64,000 nucleotides of DNA. It comes from an uncultured Myxococcales bacterium (GTDB lineage Bacteria > Myxococcota_A > UBA9042). Positions 58,431 to 64,000 of the stretch are shown piece by piece. Each line of letters opens with the position of its first letter. Position 1 is the stretch's first letter. A program made the position numbers and the translations under genes. The stretch is taken from NCBI GenBank assembly GCA_903850505.1, contig CAINLT010000126.1:22534-86533 (forward strand), in the 5' to 3' direction. The notes under the pieces were generated by a model. It had not been told where the DNA came from. It worked only from the letters and a program-made list of their open reading frames with translations, and searched no databases.

Positions 58431-61172
58431 TTAACGACCCGACCGGAGGTCGACCACAAAGCGGTTCTTGGCAGACGGCGCCTCAACCGCAGGCGTCGGC
58501 TCCGGCTCGGGCGCGGGCGTACCCGTGGCTTCCCGCAGGCGCGCGATCTCCTCGGCGATGGCCGCGGACACGTCCACAGCTTCTTCAGCCGGCTCTGCAG
58601 CCGCTTCAACCGCCGCTTCCGCAGCCAGTTCTTCCGGGCCACCGGCGGGCGCTTCGACGTCCGTTTCGGTCAGTGCCGGCTCGGTGCCCTCTTCGCCGCT
58701 AGCCGCCGACAGGTCGTCGCCGCCCGCATCGTCGCCACCGGCTTCCATGCCCTCGTCGCCTTCATCACCCGACGTGCCATCTTCATTTTGCGGCAGCTGA
58801 TTGCCCGCGGCATCGCGACCCGAACGACGGCGACGGCGACGGCGGCGTTGGCCACCTTCACGCGGCGCTTGGCCATCCGTGCCGGGAATCGTCGAGGCGC
58901 CGGCAGCATTTGCCGTTTCCGTCGCATCCGTGCGGACTTCTTCCTCATCGCGGGCATCCGCGATGGCGACCTGCTCCTGAATCGCGCTCAGTGAACGCTG
59001 ACCTTCCATACGCTGACCCTCGGGGCGCTCGGCGCGCTGACTTTCCGGACGCGTGCCTTCCGAGCGCTGACCTTCCGGCCGATCGCCACGGCCACGGCGG
59101 CGACGGCGGCCATCGCGATCGCGTTCGCCCCGATCCTGGTCGCGCGGACCGTCACGGCCGTCCAACTGCGGCGCAGCGGCATCGGCTTGCGGCCGCGGCT
59201 CGCGCGGTTCACGCGGCTCGCGGTGTTCGCGCGGTTCACGCGGCGGCCGCGGGCTCTCGCTCGGCGTCGCCGAAACGGTAACCGCGGACGGCGCGATCTT
59301 CGGCGCTTTCACCGGCGTCGGCTCGGCCAGGCCAAAGAAGCTCTTCAGCTCGGACCAGAACGATTTCGGCGCCGGCGCCTCTTCCAGCCACGTTTCTTCT
59401 GCCGCGGCCGGAGCGCGCGCCACTTCGGTGGCCTTCTGCGTCGCTTCGACTTTGGCCTTTTCCGCCGTTTCCGCCGGACCCGTCGTCTCCCGCACCTTGG
59501 CGTAGATCTCCGCGTAGTCGACCTTCGCCGAGCGCCGCGCCGCCGTCGTTTCCAGCGTCACCCGCGCTTCTTCGCGCTTGATCAGCTGGTTGCGCACGAG
59601 ATCGAGCTCCTGCGTCACACGCAGCAGGCGCTGGCGATCCCCGCGCTCATCCGACGTCTCCGTCGGAATCTCTTCCAGGTGCTCCAGCACGACTTGCGAC
59701 GCGCAGAGGCCGTCCACCGGCACGATCTCGATCGTCAGGTGATACTGTTTTTCCAGCACGTACAGCTCCTGGCGCCGCGAATTCAGCAGGTAGCGCGCGG
59801 CCGCCGGCGGAACCATCGCCATCACGGCGCGCACGCGCTTCTGGCTGGAGGTGTCCTTCTTGGCCACGGTGTCGTAGATGCGCCGCAGCACGGACGCGCC
59901 GACGCTCTCCATCGAGCGGATCCGGCCGATGCCGCTGCAGTGCGGGCAACTGTCGAACGTGCCCTTGTTCACCGACGACTTGATGCGCTGGCGGCTCATT
60001 TCCAGCAAGCCGAACTCGCTGATGTGGCCGAGCTTGGTGCGCGCCTTGTCGTTCTTGAACGCGTCCTTGATCGCCATTTCGACTTCGCGCACGTACTTCT
60101 TTTCGCGCATGTCGATGAAGTCGATGACGATGAGGCCGCCCATGTCGCGCAGAATCATCTGGCGGGCGATTTCCTGCGCCGCTTCGATGTTCGTCGCGCG
60201 CGCGGTCTCCTCAATGTCCTTTTCCTTCATGCGGCCGGAGTTGACGTCGATCGAGACCATCGCTTCGGTCTGGTCGATGACGATCGAGCCGCCCGACGGC
60301 AGGAACACCTGACGCGCGAACACGTCCTCGACCTTGCCTTCCACGCCGTACCGCGCAAACAGCGGCATGTCGCCCGCGTACCGCACCACCGCGGCCAGAC
60401 CGCGCGGCATCAGCACCTGCAGGAACTCGCCCACTTCGTGCAGCGTGGCGTCGTCGTCGATGACGACCTCCTCGATGTCCTTGGTGAAGTAGTCGCGCAC
60501 AAAGCGCACGGGCAAGCTGCGCTCGGCGTACAGCAGCTGCGGGCCCTTGCCTTCATCGTATTTCGCGGTGATGTGTTCCCACTGCCGCGTCAGGTACGTC
60601 AGGTCCTTGACCAGTTCCAGCTCCGTCGCCGTGTCGCCCGCCGTCCGCACGATGAGGCCAAAGCCTTCCGGCACCTTCATCGTCTCGGTCAGCTTCTTCA
60701 CGCGATCGCGCGCTTCGTCGCTCAGCTTGCGCGAAACGCCGGCCTTTTCGTTGTCGCTCTCCGGAATCAGCACCAGGTAGCGGCCCGGCAGGCTGATGAA
60801 CGTCGAGAGCGTCGCGCCTTTCTGGCCGATCTCATCGCGCACGACCTGCACCATGATCTCCGTGCGCGCCTTGAGCAGCTCCTGGATCGGCGCGCGCTTG
60901 TCGTGGTTGCCGCCGCGCAGCTTCGGATGGATTTCGCCAACCGGCAGGAAGCCCTGCTTGTCGTTGCCAAAGTCGACAAACGCCGACTGCAGCGACGGTT
61001 CCACGCGCGCCACGACGGCCCGGTAGATGTTGCCCTTGCAGGTGTTGCGGTTTGCCGGTTCGATTTCCAGGTGCACAAGCTGATTGTCTTCGACAACCGC
61101 CGCGCGGGCCTCGTCACGATCGACGCTGATCAGCATTCGCTTGGTGACGGAACCCGTCGTTGATGTAGCCAT
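58431..61172 (-). CDS. rne: ribonuclease E
   Basis: S1 domain NIYRAVVARVEPSLQSAFVDFG. RNase E/G catalytic core. Arg/Glu/Pro-rich C-terminal scaffold with PREPREHREPREP repeats. Confidence 0.9.
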   Translation of the reverse strand: MATSTTGSVTKRMLISVDRDEARAAVVEDNQLVHLEIEPANRNTCKGNIYRAVVARVEPSLQSAFVDFGNDKQGFLPVGEIHPKLRGGNHDKRAPIQELLKARTEIMVQVVRDEIGQKGATLSTFISLPGRYLVLIPESDNEKAGVSRKLSDEARDRVKKLTETMKVPEGFGLIVRTAGDTATELELVKDLTYLTRQWEHITAKYDEGKGPQLLYAERSLPVRFVRDYFTKDIEEVVIDDDATLHEVGEFLQVLMPRGLAAVVRYAGDMPLFARYGVEGKVEDVFARQVFLPSGGSIVIDQTEAMVSIDVNSGRMKEKDIEETARATNIEAAQEIARQMILRDMGGLIVIDFIDMREKKYVREVEMAIKDAFKNDKARTKLGHISEFGLLEMSRQRIKSSVNKGTFDSCPHCSGIGRIRSMESVGASVLRRIYDTVAKKDTSSQKRVRAVMAMVPPAAARYLLNSRRQELYVLEKQYHLTIEIVPVDGLCASQVVLEHLEEIPTETSDERGDRQRLLRVTQELDLVRNQLIKREEARVTLETTAARRSAKVDYAEIYAKVRETTGPAETAEKAKVEATQKATEVARAPAAAEETWLEEAPAPKSFWSELKSFFGLAEPTPVKAPKIAPSAVTVSATPSESPRPPREPREHREPREPREPRPQADAAAPQLDGRDGPRDQDRGERDRDGRRRRRGRGDRPEGQRSEGTRPESQRAERPEGQRMEGQRSLSAIQEQVAIADARDEEEVRTDATETANAAGASTIPGTDGQAPREGGQRRRRRRRRSGRDAAGNQLPQNEDGTSGDEGDEGMEAGGDDAGGDDLSAASGEEGTEPALTETDVEAPAGGPEELAAEAAVEAAAEPAEEAVDVSAAIAEEIARLREATGTPAPEPEPTPAVEAPSAKNRFVVDLRSGR

Positions 61173-62185
61173 AATTCACACTCCGATGCGGCCATTCCAC
61201 CCGGCATGAGCCCGGGGAACGGCAGCGCGATCAGTCCAAAACGGCGCGATAAGCGGCTGTAGTTAGCCTGCGCGACCGTGGGACTGGGGTTGCATCGGCA
61301 GGATCGATAGAGCAGGCGCTGGAGCGGATGAACGGGATGTTTCTGATAACACTGCTGAAAAGCGCGATGCGGTCGACCGACGTTGTGCGTATGCATGGCA
61401 CGCCGTGTCTGGTCGGCAATCGGCTCGGTGCCACGCCCAACCGCCAGATGCGGGGGCGCAGGTTACCGAAGTTGCAGTGGTCGTTCGAAACATCGCGATG
61501 TCGCTCTACGCTCACGCGGCGAGTTCAGCCTGGCAACAACAAGGGACGGTCACAGAAGGGCGGCGTACTGACACGCGGGCCAAACTTGATGTGCCATCGG
61601 CTTGCCGTGCAGCCGGAACTCCTCCGCTGGGGCCAGATGCTGGCATAAGTGCCAGGGCTGGCGGTCGGTCGGCTGCCCAAAACGGGAAGCCTGCTCACTC
61701 GTCCGTGCCTCATCCGCGGGCGCCAGCTTCGGTAAGGAAGCCGCGTTCACGGGCCGGTTGGCGCGCTGGTCCACTTTGAACCGGCAGCGCCCGCGCGTCA
61801 CTTTGCTTCTCGATCGCTGCCTCAGCAGCGTTCAACGGCAACGCTCCGCGCTCAGGTGACTTTTGCGGGACTGCCGTGCCTCGTTTGGACAGCTCAGCTC
61901 GTTCCAGAGGGCGTATCGGCCTTGCGCCAATCAGCTCCTTCCAGACGTCCAGCGTTTTCCAGACAGCACTGCGGGTCGACGTTCGCGGTCGTGGCTCCAT
62001 GGCCAAGCGCTGAACCGTAACCCCACGTGGTCACCCTGAGGGCCCTGTCAAGATAAGTCGCGCCGCGGCTGGTGTCAAACGAACCAGTTCGGCACCGCGG
62101 ACGTAAACGGCCGCAACCCTTGCGCAGAACGGGCCGCTGCGCTACTCAGACGGTCACGCAGCGGCGAATGAGTCGTCGGAGGCAC
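61173..62185. promoter_or_regulatory. ~1-kb non-coding region: presumed long rne 5' leader plus divergent promoters
   Basis: Locally lower GC. Contains only short Arg-rich ORFs on both strands. Sits immediately upstream of the rne ATG. Confidence 0.4.
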
Positions 62186-62920
62186 ATGGCCTGGACCCGT
62201 CTTGAACTTCGCGATCGCACTGCGCCGCCGCAAGCCGCGTCGATGACGCCGATTGGCCTGTGGACGATTCTGGCGTTGGTTGTGGCCATCGCGGCGTTTT
62301 GGCTGTCCACGCGCGCCAATACCGATGCGCAGAAAGCGCCGGATGCGACGTTTCGCGCTGAGGAACACTTGAGCACCGCGGCCGTGGCGGTGCGCAAGCC
62401 CGGTGCGGCGGATGTGCCGTGCACGTGGCAAGCGAGCGACGCGCGGTGGCATTGCGGCGCGCAGGATTTTGCCTTTGTCGGGCCGTATGCCGGGCTGGCG
62501 GCGGGCAAGCCGATGCGCTGCTTGTGGCTGCATCCTCACGCGGGCGGCGCGACAACCGTGGTGCGCTGGCCGGAGTTGAACCTGGGCGATCACCTGGAAG
62601 CGCGGTTGCGCCTCCTGGACGACGTGGGCGGTGGACAGCCGACCCGCCTGCAGATCTTTGCCGCGGGGCAGTCGGTGGGCACGCTCTCGGCGAGCGACGG
62701 GCGCGATCATCCTGATTTGGACGTAGACCTGCCCAGCGGCCGGATGCGCGGCGAACTGCGGCTGGAGATTGCCGCGGGCGACAATGATTGGCGGCTCGCG
62801 TGCGCCGAAGTGCTGATGACCGGCAAGCGCCGTGCGATGGGCGAGCAGGCGCCGATCGACAAGGCGCTCCAGTACGCGCCGCCTACGCGTCACGATCAAT
62901 TCGGCAGGCCGACGCAATGA
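62186..62920 (+). CDS. hypothetical N-terminally membrane-anchored protein
   Basis: ORF 62072..62920(+). Starts at MAWTRLELRD or MTPIGLWTILALVVAIAAFWL (~62243), with a single TM. The stop overlaps the next ATG (ATGA). Confidence 0.5.
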   Translation: MAWTRLELRDRTAPPQAASMTPIGLWTILALVVAIAAFWLSTRANTDAQKAPDATFRAEEHLSTAAVAVRKPGAADVPCTWQASDARWHCGAQDFAFVGPYAGLAAGKPMRCLWLHPHAGGATTVVRWPELNLGDHLEARLRLLDDVGGGQPTRLQIFAAGQSVGTLSASDGRDHPDLDVDLPSGRMRGELRLEIAAGDNDWRLACAEVLMTGKRRAMGEQAPIDKALQYAPPTRHDQFGRPTQ

Positions 62921-64000
62921 ACAGTGATTCGATCGCCACGATTGACCTTGCGACGGCTGCGCGGCCGCCCGATGCGCAGTTGCCAGAAGCGCCGCCGCCG
63001 TCGCCACCGCCGTCGCCGCCGCCGCGTTGGCTGGGACCTGCGGTGCGCTTCCTGGCCATCGGCTTGTGCCTCGCCCTGGCGGCGATCCTGCAATTCCGCG
63101 GGCTGGACTGGACCGCCTCGGCGACTTCCTGGCTGGACGGCGTGCCGCGGACGGGCGGCGTGCCGGAACTCGGGGCCATTGCGGTCCTGTGGCGCAAAGG
63201 CACTGCGCTTGGCCTGACGCTCGGCCAGGTCGTCTCGCTGTGGCAGTTTGGCGTCGCGGGTGGGCTCCTGGCGGCGCTCGGTCTCGTCGCTTGGCGGCTG
63301 CGCGGCCTGACGGCGGCGGTCGTCGCGCTCGCGCTGTTCCTGCTCTGGCCGGCGTCGCGCGGGCTGATCGCGACCGTTGGCGCGGAAACGCCGCTGGCCG
63401 CTGCGCTCCTGCTCACCGCGCTCGCCGGGCTTCTGGCATGGCCGCGTCCGCTCGTGTCCGCGCTGCTGCTCGGTGGCGCGCTGGCGCTCCTCGTGCTCGT
63501 GCATCCGCTCGGGCTGCCGTTGGCGATTGTCGCGGTGCTCGCGGTCCTCATCCTGCCGCTCCGCCGCGGGATCGAGCCGCTGCCGGGCATCGAGCCGCAC
63601 GAGGGTCTTTGGCCGCACGCCGTGACGGTACCCAACTTGGCGGGGCTCGCCCTTGCGGCGGGCCTCATCGCTGCAGTGCATGGCTCCGGCGGCTTGAAGA
63701 TCGCATGGGCGCGCCAGATCGCCGAGTGGCGCGCGCCAGTGGTGACGCCGTGGCTCGGCGGTATCGCCAATTGGCCCGTGGTCGGCGCGCTCGTGGCGTT
63801 TGCCGGGCAGCTGTCCCTGCCGCTGCTGGTCCTCGCTTGCGCGGCGGGCGTGGGCGCGGTGCGGCGGCCGAGTGACCCGATCGCGTTGCCCGCCGGCCTG
63901 TTCTTTGGCACGTGTTTGGTGTTGGTGTGGCTGGGCTTGCCGACGCCCGGTTGGATCGACGGCGTGACGCTGTTGGCGCCCGGTCTGGTGCTCCTCGCGG
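62917..64000 (+). CDS. polytopic membrane protein, 3'-partial (continues beyond window). Not in ORF track (no in-window stop)
   Basis: Open frame from ATG 62917 to the window end with strong GC3 bias. MNSDSIATIDLATAARPPDAQLPEAPPPSPPPSPPPRWLGPAVRFLAIGLCLALAAILQF..., with at least 8 hydrophobic helices. Could be a GT-C/DUF2029-type glycosyltransferase. Confidence 0.55.
   Translation, partial: MNSDSIATIDLATAARPPDAQLPEAPPPSPPPSPPPRWLGPAVRFLAIGLCLALAAILQFRGLDWTASATSWLDGVPRTGGVPELGAIAVLWRKGTALGLTLGQVVSLWQFGVAGGLLAALGLVAWRLRGLTAAVVALALFLLWPASRGLIATVGAETPLAAALLLTALAGLLAWPRPLVSALLLGGALALLVLVHPLGLPLAIVAVLAVLILPLRRGIEPLPGIEPHEGLWPHAVTVPNLAGLALAAGLIAAVHGSGGLKIAWARQIAEWRAPVVTPWLGGIANWPVVGALVAFAGQLSLPLLVLACAAGVGAVRRPSDPIALPAGLFFGTCLVLVWLGLPTPGWIDGVTLLAPGLVLLA

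Overview
This is a high-GC (~70%) chromosomal segment that looks like a Myxococcota-type genome. The signs are MJ0042 zinc-ribbon/TPR and cysteine-rich-repeat lipoproteins, many lipobox proteins with acidic D/A-rich linkers, eukaryotic-like Ser/Thr kinases, and NtrC-like sigma-54 activators. I resolve about 50 protein-coding genes on both strands. I found no rRNA, tRNA, CRISPR array or mobile element.

Housekeeping genes include purM, rsmD-queA, xseB, tlyA, recX, asnB, amt, rne, and an OxyR-like LysR regulator with rubrerythrin and rubredoxin. There are also two starch-degrading lipoproteins (GH13 amylase and GH31 alpha-glucosidase).

Several gene sets are unusual or poorly characterised:
- A four-gene cell-envelope module (34718 to 30199, minus strand) whose last three genes are tightly coupled (4-nt overlap, 3-nt gap) and whose first gene lies 6 nt upstream: a secreted protein, a Tat-signal small protein, a VWA membrane protein, and a signal-peptide-less peptidoglycan hydrolase (Amidase_2 plus a split, atypical M23/LytM domain).
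- A Ser/Thr kinase fused to a receiver domain, coupled to a hybrid histidine kinase and to an unannotated upstream 160-aa ORF.
- An 880-aa cysteine-rich tandem-repeat lipoprotein whose stop overlaps recX.
- A TetR gene preceded by two identical 13-bp palindromes, followed by a C45/Ntn-hydrolase gene.
- A GtrA/GtrB-like operon with AsnB and a ROK-family protein.
- An NtrC-like regulator operon with large lipoproteins.
- A ~1-kb non-coding leader upstream of rne.

Many long ORFs in the track are antisense artefacts of the high GC content and were rejected. Coordinates follow the ORF-track frame and include the stop codon. Several start codons were moved to internal ATG/GTG/TTG positions using signal-peptide or ribosome-binding-site logic and are approximate to within a few codons.
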